DNA of 59,339 nt, filler included, from Bipalium vagum (GCA_037834085.1; 3 parts of 3 records of this genome joined end to end with filler, not necessarily neighbours in it), one strand, 5' to 3'. Shown: positions 43,990-58,512, counted from the whole stretch's first letter. A program made the numbers and translations. The notes: generated by a model from the sequence alone, not told the origin.

Positions 43990-46900
43990 TCAGTCCTTTG
44001 AATAAACAGATAAGTGTGATACCTCTCGACGATTATCAATTTTTTTCGGTTTACTTGATCCGGAAACCTTAGTATCATGTATCTCATTAGATGTATTAGA
44101 TACTTGTCTACTGATACTTTGGTTTACGTAAGCATGTTGGATTATTTTATTTGCATTTAACAGATGCTTGGTTAAAACATCGGGGGGGATTTTGCCTTGT
44201 TTATGTACATTTTTCAAAAGTCTGTAGGCAGCAGGTAGATAACTGAAAATATATAATATAAATATTTTCAATATAATAATAAATAATTATAATCTTAATT
44301 ATATGCACGTTTAAACATGAATAATATATTAAGTCGATGAAATTCCAAGAAAAAATTAATAAATTTCTCGCTTACCTATTAATGTCAGATTGGTTTATTT
44401 GAGATTTCGATTCTAAAAATGATACCAGTCGATTTTCGTCAATCGTTCTCTGCTTATACTGTTCAATGGCCGTTCCATGATTATGGGTTGGTTTGGGAAT
44501 ATTAAATATTTCTAAAAATAATTTAATACGTTTCCATTCATTGCATATGAGGGGGTCTAAGTCAACATTCATTGAAACAGAACTGTGAATTTTCTAAAAT
44601 AATTTATATAATGAATTATCAATAGTTTTGCAGATATATATATATGAAATGTAAAATTCCTTTCCTTGACATTTATGAATAAAAAGGACATCATTAAGTA
44701 AATTAGGAATATATAATCATTCTATTTGATTAATTCATATAAGAGGAAAAATATCGAATTGACTATCAGAAAGCCCAACATCTCAATCAGATAATTTTAT
44801 TTTATTATTTTATATTTATTAAATTAATGAATATTTTATATTTATTGGAAATATGAACATAAAAGATCAATAATAATGTTAGCTGGAAATATTTGCGGTA
44901 AATGAAAGTAGTACACAAGACAAAAGAATGTTTTCAGATCGGCAAAGTTCGAAAACAAAGAAGGATATGCAGAGAACATTGACAATTTTAATGAAAAAAT
45001 AGTGTTCTTACTAGCTGAGATTTAGAGAAAATAGATGTAAACATCTTATCCATACCAATTAAAACAAAAAAATATTTGATATTATATTTTTATATATTTC
45101 ACCGAGTTTCATTATTTTTATCAAATTAATGAATTATATTATTGAAAAAACTGGACCCAGTTAAAAATGGTTCAAATTAATTATTAAGATCAAAATGCCA
45201 GATAATAAAATAAAATTTTTCGAACTGAGATGTCATAAGCAGAAAATTTCAAGTGATACTAATCATTTGTATGTGAATTTTATGTTAAAAACGAATGAAA
45301 TAAATCAAAAATTGATTAATGTGAAAATGAGTTAAATAATTTAATAAATTGTTTACCAAACGATTTTTCTGTTGTCAAGGTAGAAATAATAAGTAATATA
45401 TATTGTAACATATAAGCATATTCTCTTAATGAATTAAGGGCTACCTGGGAATTAATTGAACTCGATCTATTTTTCGAAGACAGAGAGCAATCGCTGGAAT
45501 AATACGATCCTGAGATTTCTTTATCAAGATTAATTGCCATTGAATTTGTTTTATTGCCTAATGGTTTCTTTTGATGTAGGGATAGCAATGATTTGCTTCC
45601 AGACAGGCTTTGATTATTAAGATTTGATAGATTTTCAAGGGACTCAAAAGTTTCGCGACTGGACCCGAGACCTTGACCCAGTAATATGTTGGATTCTCTA
45701 CAGTTCTGTTCCAAATATTTATTATCAATTGATTTTTTAGTATTCATTGGTGAGTTTTTCTTGAAACGATTTATATTGTTTCTCTGACTTGGTGTTGTAG
45801 AAGAACGTATTTTATTAGGTAAACTACATGCAAATTTCTCATCAAAAATCTCATTATTGATGTATCCATAATGATGGATCATTAAATTGTCAAAATCATC
45901 CGGAGAAAAGTTTGACAAAGACTGGTAGCCAGATGAATTAAATGTATAATTATTACATTCTTCTGATATTTCTCCTGGAGTATTTTCTGAATTATTGCAT
46001 TCTTTTACCATTTTATTCCAGCCTTCATTGATCTTAAAAAATATTTTTATCATTACACTTATTTTCTGTTATTAATATATTAAATATAAATATAACTAAA
46101 ACAATATTAAATTATAAATAAATAAAAAATCTTTTGTAATTAAAGTTTCAAGTTAGTTTTGACGTTTTAAAGGTGATTTACAGAAATCACTGTTAAAATT
46201 TTTCTTTTATAATATTATACTTAAAATATTAGAAAGTAAATCTGAAAATCTTTTTACCAGATTTTAAATTCTTCCGAAGATCTCTTTCAAGTACAAATTT
46301 TCTTACAAAATTTATTTTCAAATATATATTACTTGAAAATTTCTTTATACAGTTAAACCTTTTTATAACGACACCCCTCGGGAACGACCAAACTGTCATT
46401 GTATAGAAGATTACATACGACCCAGTGAATAAAAATTAAACATTACAGTTACTAAATATATTTTTATTTATCATATATACCTAGATCTGTATCAAGTACC
46501 TCTTCATAACGACACTTCTCGGGAACGGGCCAAACTGTCATTATATAAAGGTTTACCAATTTTGATTACATAGTCATACAGTGGAAACAAATTAAACATT
46601 ATTATATTTTAAAATTAAAATAATGAGAAAAATAACATCATATTACTACATCAATAATATCAATACTACAACTTATTCGATATTCAAGCACATTTTTCTT
46701 TCAAATTCTTCAATTGAATCTTGTCTATTATGTCATCAATTTTATATATTTTCAAAATGACTGGATCATTCTCATTTTTTTGAATATTTTGTGCTCTTAC
46801 TTTCCTGAACCATGTTAACCATTTTCGAGATCTTCAAAACAAGGCCTTTTGCACTTGAGTCCAGCGCCATATTGAATTGCATTTTTTGATTTTAAATTTC

Positions 46901-49900
46901 CAATTATTGTTGTTATGGGGATACAAAATTTCTTAGCTAATTCGCTGTTGTTGGTAATTGTTTTGGTTCAATAATTTCAAGTTTTTCATTTAAACTTAGT
47001 TGAAGTCTTTTAGATTTTAAATTTTGCATTATGAAGTTTTTAAAATATTAAAACTGAATATTGTCTAAGGACTTTTATCCACACCTGAATGCCATATATT
47101 AATCATTATTGAAAGCACGTTACTCCTAAAAATTTTCTGTACAATTTTAAGACTACTTATTATATCATAAAAGTAAATAATGTTTACTTCCATCTCATTT
47201 AAGCAAGCAGTTCCTCCAAGAGATCTAATAGAATTCGAATTATTAGCGCATGGTTCGTCGTAGATTATAGAATCACAATGTTCAAAGTTCACATAATTGT
47301 CGCCTGTGAATTGATTTCTTTTCTCAACTGATGATGTTTTGTTTTGTGTATTGCGAATCGGAATATAGCTAAAATTTTCTTCAACATCAAAACTTTTCAT
47401 CCGGGGAAGTAATTTGTAATTATTTTCTAAAGATGTATTTTGGGAAATTGAATTTTTTGAGAACAATGATTGATAGTTGACATCAATATTATTTCTTTCC
47501 GGTTTCTTTACCAAAGTTGGTATTCTGCTTCGTAGGTTGCACGAATTAGAAATATTACTTGATGTACTATCTGTTTCAGAATCATGAGTGGCATTTAACT
47601 TTGTTATGCCATCAATCAACAAACGAATATCTTTAAGAGTATCATTGTATTTCTAAAAATTAAAAATATCTCTATTATACTTATATGAAAATATATAACC
47701 AAATATATATAACTGAAAACACACATATAATTCTATAAAATGTATATGAGACCCCAAAAAGTGGCCCACTATATATTTTAAGGTTATAAAATTATTTTCA
47801 ACATTTTTTTAATAAATATTTACTTATTTAACAGAATCAACTATCAATGTTTGTAACTCAAAAGAGGATCCTTTTTTGAGAATTTATCAATATTGTTAGA
47901 TAAAAATTAATCGGAGATACCGGGATTCGAACCCAGGATGTTTACATGCACATGGACTGCTTTGACCGCTGAGCTACTGAATAACTTTGAAAGTCTCCGG
48001 AATCTCATGCTTCAAGTGATATTTGTGTGTCATAATTCGAAAAGCCCACATTGAATACATATAAATCAATTGAGTGCATAGTAATTACAGATTTCATAAC
48101 CGTCCCAATATTTTAGAAAGATTCTCGTAATGAAACACGAAAGCTTAGTAGTAATACTCTATATGGGTGATATTTTGATTTTAAATATGGCCTTACCCTA
48201 AAAAACTGTCTATTAATCTTGTTTTGTATATTTGAATGAAGCGACATTTAAAATTATATTTTTAATTATTTTACACAGTTAAAGAATAAATGCAGAAGTC
48301 TGAAGGACAAACTCCTTGGAGGTCGTCAATCAACATTGCATATATTCGTAAATATTAATTCTGTAATTGATTCAGCGACAGGAGATCGAAATTTAAGACA
48401 TTCCATAAAATTGGAGCATTTATGAATAATGATACTGAATCCAAATAATCATATTCTGCACAATTATTTGAAGCATAGAGAAAAATACCAGATACATCAA
48501 TTCTTAAAATTAAGATTAATCATATGATTCGAAACGAACTTTTTAAACGAATTCATTTGATATCTTACTTTTAAAATTTCCAATCTTTAAAAAGAAACCA
48601 AGTTTTGTGATTGTAAAGCAAATACCTGTTACAAGACCTGTAGCACAACTAACCAAAATATTATCTTCGGACTGAAAAAATTTCAAAATTTGGTTCGAAT
48701 ATATTGAGGGATTAAAATTAATGACGATTATTTAAAAATATAGCACTAAAAATATAGCTCTTTTGAAACATTATAAATAGAAACTTTAACAATATATTAT
48801 GGTAACGTTCATAAAAGTTTTGAGAAATAAATAAACTATTTTAAAACGTATACATTTTTGAAAAAAATATTTGATGTACCTTTTCTGGAATATCTTTCAA
48901 ATGAATGTTTAGATGAAATGAAAATTCCGCAAGATGATAACCAACATCTATGAATTTCTCATCTTTTCTTCGAAGATTTAAGAAGTCAAAGTCTGGCGAA
49001 GAATTGTTCATTTCAGATTCTTTTGACTGTTTTCCATTGGAAGTAGTGGTTGAAATATTTTTTAAAAATGTTCTCATATTGTTGGAATTTTTATTAATAA
49101 ATCGTTGCATAAATCCCATATAGCTTTCTTTACTTTGCGGAGATTGAGAAAAATTTGCTAAAGATTGAATACTTTTTGCAACCTAAATTAGTATCATTAT
49201 ATATTTTGTTATGGATTATTAAAGGTAGAGGTAAAAATTTTTTGCTTTTATTCTTTAAACATTCTTCGATAATATTATTCATAATAATAATAATTATTAT
49301 TATTTAAATCGATTTTTTTATTTACTTAATATTTGGCTTTTAAAGTATCCTAAGAAGCATGGGTAATAATAAAAATAACCGAGGGAGCTTGAGCTGAGGT
49401 CTGGTCAACTTAACCTTTATTCTCTTGTTGTTTGTGTAAATTAAGTAATAAATCAATCGATTTTTATGTTTATATTTTGTTATTTCATTATAATATTTTT
49501 ATACGTCGTGAAGATTAATGGAATTCTGGTGTTTATTGAATGTGTTATTCACACATTTTATCAGACATTACAGTTACCCTCGTGTTTCTGTGTTTTAATT
49601 AAATAAAAGTTTTAGACAAGTATTATTTTTTTGTAAAATTGTGTTGATTATTTACGAACAAAACTACAAGATTTAAAAACATCTTTCGTTGAGGTTGTTT
49701 AATATATACAAAAATATTACTATTATACATATATTATTAATAATATAAACAATTTATTTAAACAATGAAGGTTAAGAACAGATTAATAATCAATATATTA
49801 TTTATCTTTCCAAAAGCTGAATTAAATATCCGAAAATTTTAATGAAAATTTATTTTATATAATTAAAATATAAAATAATGCATAAATCTCTACCATAAAA

Positions 49901-52900
49901 TTAATATCATGAATCAAATTCCATCACTCTTAGTACACCCTTAGACTGTAATTTTTCTTACTTAGCATTACAAAATTTCAGATAAAACAATGTTTCTTCT
50001 TTAGAGCTAGTTGAAACAATGAAAATATATTCATATTATAAATTCTACGAAAATTTCTAAATATATTATAAATATTAGGTCATCCTATAAGTAATGCGGT
50101 TTTTCTATAATCTTGAAAATTGCTACTAATAAATATATAAATTATACATACAGTGCTCCAACTAATTATTGCCGCACTAAGAGAATGCATATTTTTTGTA
50201 TGTAGAAGCTATCAAAGTTATTAATATTTATATATAAGTAATATAACAATATATTCATCCTATTAATATATATATATAATGAAAAAAAATTTAAAAAAGT
50301 AAAAATTAACTAAAAAATACCAATAATTTATTGCCGCATATTTACAAAAGACGTATATCATAACAAAAAAAATACATTTTTGAATTATTTTTCGATTTTT
50401 AATATTTAGTTGAACTTCTTTGGGAATAAATCACCTCATAAATTCTATTTGGCACAGAATTTACCAGTGCTCGCAGGACGCTGTTATCGATTTCTTCTCA
50501 ACAGTAAATTACCTCTCGTTCCAGCTCTGAAGTTGATTCATATTTTTTCCCATTAGCATATACCCGACGTGCTAGTATCCCCCAAAGATTTTCTATAGGA
50601 TTCAGGTCTGGCCAAGATCATACATCGATATTTCTGTCTTGTAACCATTGCGAAGTGGAACGTGCAGCATGGCATCGACAATTATCTTGTTGGAAAATTG
50701 GTTTGTCTCCATCAAAATCATTCATAAATGGAAGTAAATGTTCTCATTAAAGCATTTCATTTAGCCTGCAGGTAATAATCGCGAGAATCGACTTCTCGTG
50801 ATAATTGAAACAACCCTAAATCAACAAGGAATCTCCTCCAGTGTGCCTATTCGAAAAAGATATCTCCTTCTTCCGCAAATCATGCCAATAATATGCGTAA
50901 CCGTCCGGTCCATCCAAATTACACTTCTTCTCGTCACTCTAGGTGACCTTTTCACATTAGGTGACCAACGACATTTTCTCTTTAGCCCAGCAGACACGAT
51001 TGATTTTATGTTGTGACTTCAAAGGGGATTTTACCCACATCTTCTTATACCGGATCGTCCCAGATTTATTTAAAATCTTTCTAATACTCTCTACGGACCA
51101 ATTTAGGTTGAATAGCGTTTTTATTTTCGCACAGGATATGCTTTGGTTGCTGGCATTCCTAATAATAGAACGCTTTGCTGCTGCGGAAATCTTCACCTTA
51201 GAACCCCATGTCTTCTTTTCTTTATTTTTATTTTTCAAAAAGTATCTTATACTACTTTCATTCTTCCCTAACTTAATGCCGATCTACCTGTTCGATTTTC
51301 CGACGTCGTGGTCGGAATAGATCATTCCCTTCTCGGTGTCGGTTAATCTTGCAATTTTACTCATCTTAATAAATAATTTTTTTTATAAAATCTTAGTATT
51401 CGACAGACCAAAGTACTTACATGTAATATTTAATATTCAAACGTTTAATTTATATAATTAAATTTAAATAATTTCACTTTTAAATTAGTGTGGGAATAAT
51501 TAGTTGGAATTAATTATCTGATATATTATAACAAATCAGTTTTATGTTAAGTAAATAGTTGATAAATAGTTAGCCAAAATTTATTTTAAAATCGTACAAA
51601 TATTTCATGCATAATACAATAATAAAAAAAATTCAATTTAAATTAGTTAAGATTTATTATATTTTCAAGGTGCGGCAATAATTAGTTGGAGCACAGTATA
51701 TATTGTTTTAATAAAGTCAATTGCTAAAGATTTAACCTTCAATAAAACGTAAGATTTCTTATTCTGCATATTTAGATTACTTAAAATGGAAATACAAAGG
51801 AATATATTAGACATTTTGTTATATGAATATAACAAACAAAAAAACGCGATCACAGAAAAAAACAGGTAAAGTTTACGGAAAATCAATTATAAGTGTAAGC
51901 AAAGAAAAAATTTCGATCATGGAACACTAAGTATATTATATTATATATTTTTTAATTATATTATATTATATATATTAAAATGAAAAAATTAAAGCAAATA
52001 TTAACTATAATATTTCATGATAATAATATTATTTATTAAATTAATCTGAAAATATTTAATTTTCATAAAGAAGTCTTTCAATATTTTTAATATGGAAATC
52101 TTAATATTAAAATAGAATTCATTTAGAATTAATCATTTTTTATCGAAAATGTCTTATCTAAATAAAATAAAAATTAATTATTTCCTTTGATTTCCCTAAT
52201 ATTTTCAATTTAATCTCCTTACCAATGTTAATGTCCGATTAATGCAGGCTTTATCGGAATATTCATTGGCCAATCCGAACAGAAAAGGAGACATTATAGC
52301 TGGACAGATATATCGTAGGAACAGGCAAGACGATATTACTTGATCTATCATGAGAGCATTGCATGATGACACACGTTTGGATTCTGAGAGCTTCTCACGG
52401 ATTTTGGAAAACACTAGTTTTAAATCTCTAAACAAAAAATTCCCATTTTCTTAATAACAATGCAAATATGATAAAAATTATTCAGTGGAAAATGGAAAAC
52501 TTAATATGTAAATAATTGGATAATTAAGCTTGTAGAGTATTCTCTGCAATATATTCAGTTAATATTATTATTATTATTATATTAAACATTATATATATAT
52601 ATATGTATATATATACATACAGTTTTTCGTTTTATTGAACATTAGGAGGAGTCAATTAAGTATATTTACAACTTTGAAGTATAATAAATCTTTCAATGTT
52701 TAATTTTGTCGATTGTCGAGCAATGACGGACATAACATTGAAGAGCGAGTTAAAATCGGTGAATTGAAATATAAATGTATGCAAATATTTGTAGCTTTAT
52801 CCTGTGATGCGACTAGGTTAAATTTCATATCAATGGCTGTGTGAACAAACACAACAATTCTTAGACAATAATCATCTGACAGTGGAGAGGTCGATCAATT

Positions 52901-55900
52901 CGCTTGGGTTATATTCTAAGTCTGTTTGTGTTGGTGGCTTTATCTCCTTAAATATCACAGACACAAATTATTTGGATATGGTCTGTTTTTAAGGTTTCTC
53001 AATGCCCTTTATACAAGATAGCGCTCCTGCACATTAGTTATTAGCTTTTCGAATTTTCCCTGGAAAGTGTATTGACAGGTAACCGAACCCTCTCCACACT
53101 GGGTTTGTAGGGACACATCAAGCGGATAGTTTATTTACAATCACTTATTTCATTACAAGATTTAAAATAATGAATCATTGATGCATTTACCAATAAACTA
53201 ATCGAATTTTATGTACAAAAGTTTGCTAGTCTATTTTTATAAAAAAATTTTGAGTTAAATTGTTGTGTCCTTCCGCTATTCGCTCATAAATTTTAGTTTC
53301 TTTATAGCCTTAAATTCAATTTTCAAAAGTGTGGATTGCAATTTAGTTGTAAATAAGCTTTATTAAAATATAATATAATTACTAAGGTTATTATGTGTAC
53401 CGGTAACAAAATGCGGAATTGTTTGACAAACAATACACGAAATTTTCAAAAGATATATAGAAATATTTTATTCAAAGAAATGTCCATTATTAACCACACA
53501 TTTCTTCCCACTTTTAGGTAAGCCGTAGAAACCGTCCCAAAAAAAATTTTTATGTTTCGAGGAGAACCATTTAGAGATCAATTTTTGTACGTTTTTGTAA
53601 GTCGTTTAGTGGTGCTCAGCAAGTACATGATCAGCACAAATAGAAATCTGAAGGAACAAGATCTGATCAATATGGCGAGTCGTTGATGACTTCCCAGGCT
53701 AGACCTTTAACATTGGTTTTGACTACTTTTGAAGTATGTGATCTTTCATTGTCATAGAGCAAAATTACTTTATTTTGCCTTTTGGTCCATTCTGAATTTT
53801 TGATAATCAAAAAATAGTTCAGCTGCATTATTAGTTTTTGATAGCGACCTCTTTTGATCCCACTAGAGCATGGATTTCTTACTAATGTAATAAAAGAGAA
53901 CGTAGTCAGGATTAAAAATAAAAATATCCATACGTAATAAAAAAATTTGTTAGAATTAAGCTGGAGACGAATAGCAATGATTTATGGAATTCATTTATAT
54001 CATTGTTATCATAAAAAGCCAATAATTGAACAGGTAATTTTTAAATAATATTTGACAAAAAGTATTTTTAATATTTTCCGGCCAGGCTGCCTGTTTTGTA
54101 TTAACAAGTTGTATTTTACAAACTGTATTCATTACCTTACAATTTTTTAAAAAAATATTATTTGGATTAAAATCAATAATTGTAGCAGTGAAGGGAACTA
54201 TAAAAATTTTCATTAACAAAAGTCAAAAATATTTATTAAAAAGTTTAAAAATTCAAGATTTTAAAAATGCTAAATAGCCTATTTAAGCAAAACAAGCTGA
54301 TTTTGAGTCTTAAAAAGTCATTTAAAACTGTCGAGTTAAAATTTAAAATTAATTAAAATATCAAACTTTGGCACTGAATTAGAACTGTTGTAGATTTTAT
54401 TCCAAACATTTTCAACTAGTTTTTCTAGTTTATTCTGCTTATCTGTAATGGCATGGAGCTCTTTCGAACTATTAAGTTTTAGAGGATTGACTTCATAGTC
54501 TAATTCTTCCAAAATGACGTCATTTATCAGATCAGCCAGCAATGAGGTAAGGTACTGTGTGTTATTAAAATAATCAATTAATATTTAAAATTGTGAAAAA
54601 TAATAAATGTCATTAAAAAATGATAAATAGTAAAACAAAATATATTTATATAATATAGGTTTGGTAAAAATTTATGAAGCCAAAATGGAACGTAGATTTT
54701 TTATTGAAATTGGTCTTATTATTGAACATAATCTCCCAAAAATTCAGTAGATTTAATCCAGTTTTCTTAGTCTAATTTATTCTAATTAATTTAATCTTAT
54801 GTTTGAAGTAAGATACTGGAAATTCTTCAAAATAATAGTTTGCAATTGCCATATGTTCTTCATTTGATGAAAAATGCTTACACAGGAGAAATCGGTTTAG
54901 GTTTGTTAGGAATAAGTCACTTGGGCCCAAATCTGGAAAATAAGGTGATTGTTCAACTAATTAAAAATTTTATTCTCTGATTTTTACCATTGACAACTCA
55001 CGTGATTTACGTGCGTTACCTTGATTAAAAATTATTCCTCTCTTTTGTAAATCAAACCCTTTTCGTTAATCATTCCATTAAGCTGATTTAATAGATTTTT
55101 TTAGAATTCAGAGTTAATAATTTTTTTGAACTAGTATATTAATACTAGCAGAATACATGACCATCCTAAAAGATAGTTGGTATAACCTTTTTACCGTTTG
55201 TTCTCTCTTCATCTAATTTGAAAATGAGTATCCAGCTTCAATTTTTCTGTATCTATTCTCATTTCAATTTAAGATCATGATAGTAAATCCAAGTTTCGTT
55301 TATATTTCAATACTAGAGTATACAAATGTAATCAATAATAAAAATAAAGTCTCTTTTCATAAATACTAACACCGGCACAGCTAGAACAACAAATTATATT
55401 CATTGTTTTAACCTAAGTCACGCTTCATTATCCATATTTGTTATTTTCTTCGAAGTAATCCCCAGTTTTTGCAACAAGTTTGTTATCGTTTTTTTTCAAT
55501 GGTCGGAACACCTTTCATATTCCATTTCAGGAATTGTCTTCAGGACTCAGTAAATTTTCTTTAATGTGTTCTACTGACTCAAAAATATTGCTATGAAGTG
55601 ATCGAGGGAAAAGGGAGAGTCATATGGACCCATATTAGGTGAATATGGAGCTTAAAAAATGGTTTTAATTTGATGCTTGGTCAAAAAATCAAGATTAATG
55701 AAGATAGTATGAGATGGTGCATTATTGTGATGAAAAATCCATGAACTGTTTTTCTCAAACGACGCATAACTCTCAAATAATATTCCTTATTTAATGTTTG
55801 AAGAAATTCATAGTGGACTATACCACGACAATTTTAAACACTGCACTATGATCTTGATTTCGGAATTTTTTTGACGAACACTTTGGTTTTTGTTTATGTT

Positions 55901-57198
55901 TACTTACCTGTCTTCTTTCTGCATGATACTAGTATACTCACGTCTGATCACCGGTAATAATATTTTTCAACAAAGAAAAGTCCATAGAAAGCTTTTCTTG
56001 GTCGACAAAAAAACGTTGCAGCTCTGAAAAAAATTGCTTTGTCACAAGTGGAAATACAATATGAATGATTTCCAAATTTTCTTTCAAAATTGATTGGGAA
56101 GATCCAATCAATATTTACGTCAGATATCCATTTGATTGTCAGTAGACCATCGTTTTGCACTAGATGTTTTATTTATTTAAATGTGACCGTCGTTGGTTAG
56201 TATATATGATATTCCGGAACCTTCCAGAATTCTCGATCTTCTTTTAAGAATTTATACCATTGATAATCCGTTCTTGGGCCATGAATTGATCACAAAACAT
56301 TTCAGTATAATTTTCAAAATACTTATATTTGTCAATCACATTTAGAAAAAGTAATTAATTTAGGTAAACTATGTAATGTTACCAGAAACTTGACATAATT
56401 AAAAAATTTCTTTAATTTGTGTACCGAAGAAAAAGTGTATTAATAAAATGATGGTAAACATCAGACAATTGTTTTAAGATGAAATGTTAACAGTGAAAAA
56501 CTTTTATTCAAGCTTACTTTTTCTCCAACCATTTTCATATAACTCTCTATAGCCTTGGATGCCACACTATTCCCACGTAGTATCAAAGTGTCTTCTACTT
56601 TTTGTAAATATGATCAAACGGTGTATTAAGCAATTAGTAAATCTACCAGCTTTAGTTACTTCCAATGTCACCAAGTCTGAGAGAAATTCTATGTGACATT
56701 CTTTATATTCGAGAATCAAAAGCAATATTTTCACAAGCTCCTCCTTGCTTTTCACTTTCAGATGGGGCTCTAATGACTCTACTAAATTAATACTTTGCTT
56801 TTCAAGAAAATCCGCAAGTTGATTATAGTGATAAGTTGGTAAAATTTGCAAAGGTCTGTAACGACCTTTAATGCGAATAGTTGGAGAGCAATCAATAACA
56901 TTTTTCATTAATTCATCATATTCAGGTCTTGGACAATTGACTAATTTGGAAGATTGTGAATATTTTAGGTTAGAACTTGATAACCGAATGTCGGGAGATG
57001 GTGTGTACCATTTCTCGACAAAACAAGCCTCAGTGAAATCAGAACAAGGAACATTTATTTGAGCTAAAAAGTAGCTGGTAAATTTTGAAAGTAAGAAAAA
57101 GTTTAAACGTACCAACTAATTCGGATTTTTCATTTTTCTTTTTATTCTCAATCATCCTGAAGAGAGATATGGAGATTGTGCTGATATTCTGCAGACCT
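43990..57198 (-). CDS. C2-RasGAP of the DAB2IP/SynGAP/RASAL2 (GAP-2/raskol) family; 5' exons probably beyond the window
   Basis: Approximate exons: 57198-57113, 57063-56647, ~56597-56518, ~54554-54367, ~52428-52222, ~49182-48880, ~47651-47188, ~46032-45445, ~44592-44375, ~44242-43990. C2 tail LFRMIENKKK...VEKWY, arginine finger ILRGNS, RasGAP signature FLRYICPAIMSP and VAKSIQSLANF...KESYM, then a Ser/Asn-rich tail. Confidence 0.9.
46350..47035 (-). mobile_element. pogo/Tigger-like deletion derivative (CENP-B HTH remnant, palindromic subterminal repeats)
   Basis: Minus strand gives KSKRLQLSLNEKLEIIE...ELAKKFCIPITT and FEDLE..WFRKVRAQNI. Terminus TA-CAGTTAAACC at 46348; two ATAACGACAC..CTCGGGAACG..CAAACTGTCATT units (46366, 46506). 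Confidence 0.7.
47912..47983 (-). mobile_element. tRNA-derived SINE head or tRNA pseudogene
   Basis: A box TAGCTCAGCGG and B box GGTTCGAATCC with an intact T-arm (CTGGG/CCCGG). The acceptor and anticodon stems do not pair. Confidence 0.7.
48290..48480 (-). mobile_element. Possible CR1/L2-like LINE 3' remnant
   Basis: SLFINAPILWNVL resembles the C-terminal F..P.LWN.L motif of L2/CR1 ORF2. Short and weak. Confidence 0.3.
50151..51696 (-). mobile_element. Tc1/Tc3-like DD34E transposon with IR/DR ends, inserted in an older mariner end
   Basis: TIRs CAGTGCTCCAACTAATTATTGCCGCAC and GTGCGGCAATAATTAGTTGGAGCACAG with TA flanks; inner repeats at ~50322 and ~51490. Transposase from ATG 51364 with FQQDNC..H and PDLNPIENLWGILARRVY. 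Mariner-type TIR TTAGGTCATCCTATAAGTAATGCGG at 50075. Confidence 0.9.
52620..53200 (+). mobile_element. Decayed Tc1/mariner-superfamily (rosa/maT-like) fragment
   Basis: TA-CAGT start, NIEERVKIGELKY and FIQDSAPAH remnants. Confidence 0.5.
53393..53800 (-). mobile_element. Mariner 3' remnant
   Basis: KVILLYDNERSHT and GLPKSGKKCVVNNGH C-terminal remnants. Confidence 0.65.
54655..56230 (-). mobile_element. Two adjacent or nested decayed mariner elements
   Basis: Two YSPDL-type motifs (PYFPDLGPSD ~54930; PYSPNMGPYD ~55640), plus ETWIYYHD and WIFHHNNAPSHT. Confidence 0.75.
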
Positions 57199-58512
57199 CT
57201 GTTCGATAATTTTTATTATGAAGAAATAAAAATTTGTTCAAACTTAAAATTAGTTTAAAAATGGGTGATAAAAACTTCAACTAACAAAATTTAAATAATA
57301 TTTTCTTATAAAAATAATAATTTAATAATTAATATAATATTTTACAAAATTATTTGAATGACCGGAAAATCTTCGGATTTCGCAAGCATAGGTTCATTAA
57401 TCTGTTATCTGACGATTGTGATAACAAGAAAGCAAACCGTTATTATTCGTAATTTATTTTTATACTGACTTCGTTTAACTATGTCAATTTCCTTCTTGGA
57501 TTTTAAAAATGTACGACCAAAGAGAACATTTTACACATTTTATTTTAAGAGGTAAAAATCTCAACAATTTACATCAGGTTATATTGTATCTTTATCCGTT
57601 GAAGTGGTAACAGAACGTATAAATTCAAGGAACCCGGTGAAGATTAAAAAATCTAAATAATAACAATTTTCGAGGAAAAATGGACAATATCGAAATTTGT
57701 TAGAAAGAACATAAAAGATTTTCAACAAAAATACAATAAATAATTAATTTTTAATTTTAATCCAATTAAAATAAACAATTTGATTGTTGGACACGTAATT
57801 ATAAAAGTTTCTTCTATAAAAATATAAATTACAAGGAAAATGTTTTCAAACCGTTTCTAATTGATAAATTTTTAAAACTAATTAATTAATTAAAAAGTCG
57901 GTTATTGTTGTCTAACTTTCCAGTCTAATATTGACAGTGTTCTGAAAATAATGGCAGACACGCAATGTCTTCAAAGGTTACATACCATTCACATTGCAAA
58001 TTAATCAACATCAAGATCTGAATAATGACATAGGTTTTCTTTACTCAAATTAACAAACTTCGTGAAAAAAGAAAATTATATATTCATAAATAAATCAATA
58101 AGTAACATGGTATTTTCTTATTTTGACCAAAACCAATTACATAATATTGGTCTAACAGAAGTTATGGTTTCCATCTCTCAACTTCAAAACTTAATTAATC
58201 GACCCAAAGCTGATAAAATAAATTTTTAAATGAGGAAAACGAGATTTTTCTAATGATTTTTTATTGATTTAAAAAACTAAATAATTACATTTAATTAAAC
58301 TAAATATTACACATTTTTTGATGTATTAATTGTTTAATTAAATTTTGTAGTTGATTTAAATTTTGGTTCAAGAAATGTTACAGGACCTGAAGACCGAGTA
58401 AAGATTGTCTTATAGAACTAGTTTTAAATGACGATTGCTATTCAGGTTCTCAAATTATGAAGGTCAGTCTCATATGATAAATATAAATAGAATAATTTTT
58501 AGTTCACAAAAA

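Noticed and set aside
47912-47983. Functional tRNA gene
   Set aside because: Acceptor and anticodon stems do not pair.
57113-57198. Suspected frameshift in the RasGAP C2 exon
   Set aside because: On re-reading, the frame is intact (GLQNISTISISLFRMIENKKK).
58387-58425. Hammerhead (CTGAAGA...GAACTAGTT)
   Set aside because: Lacks the GAAA box and stem II.
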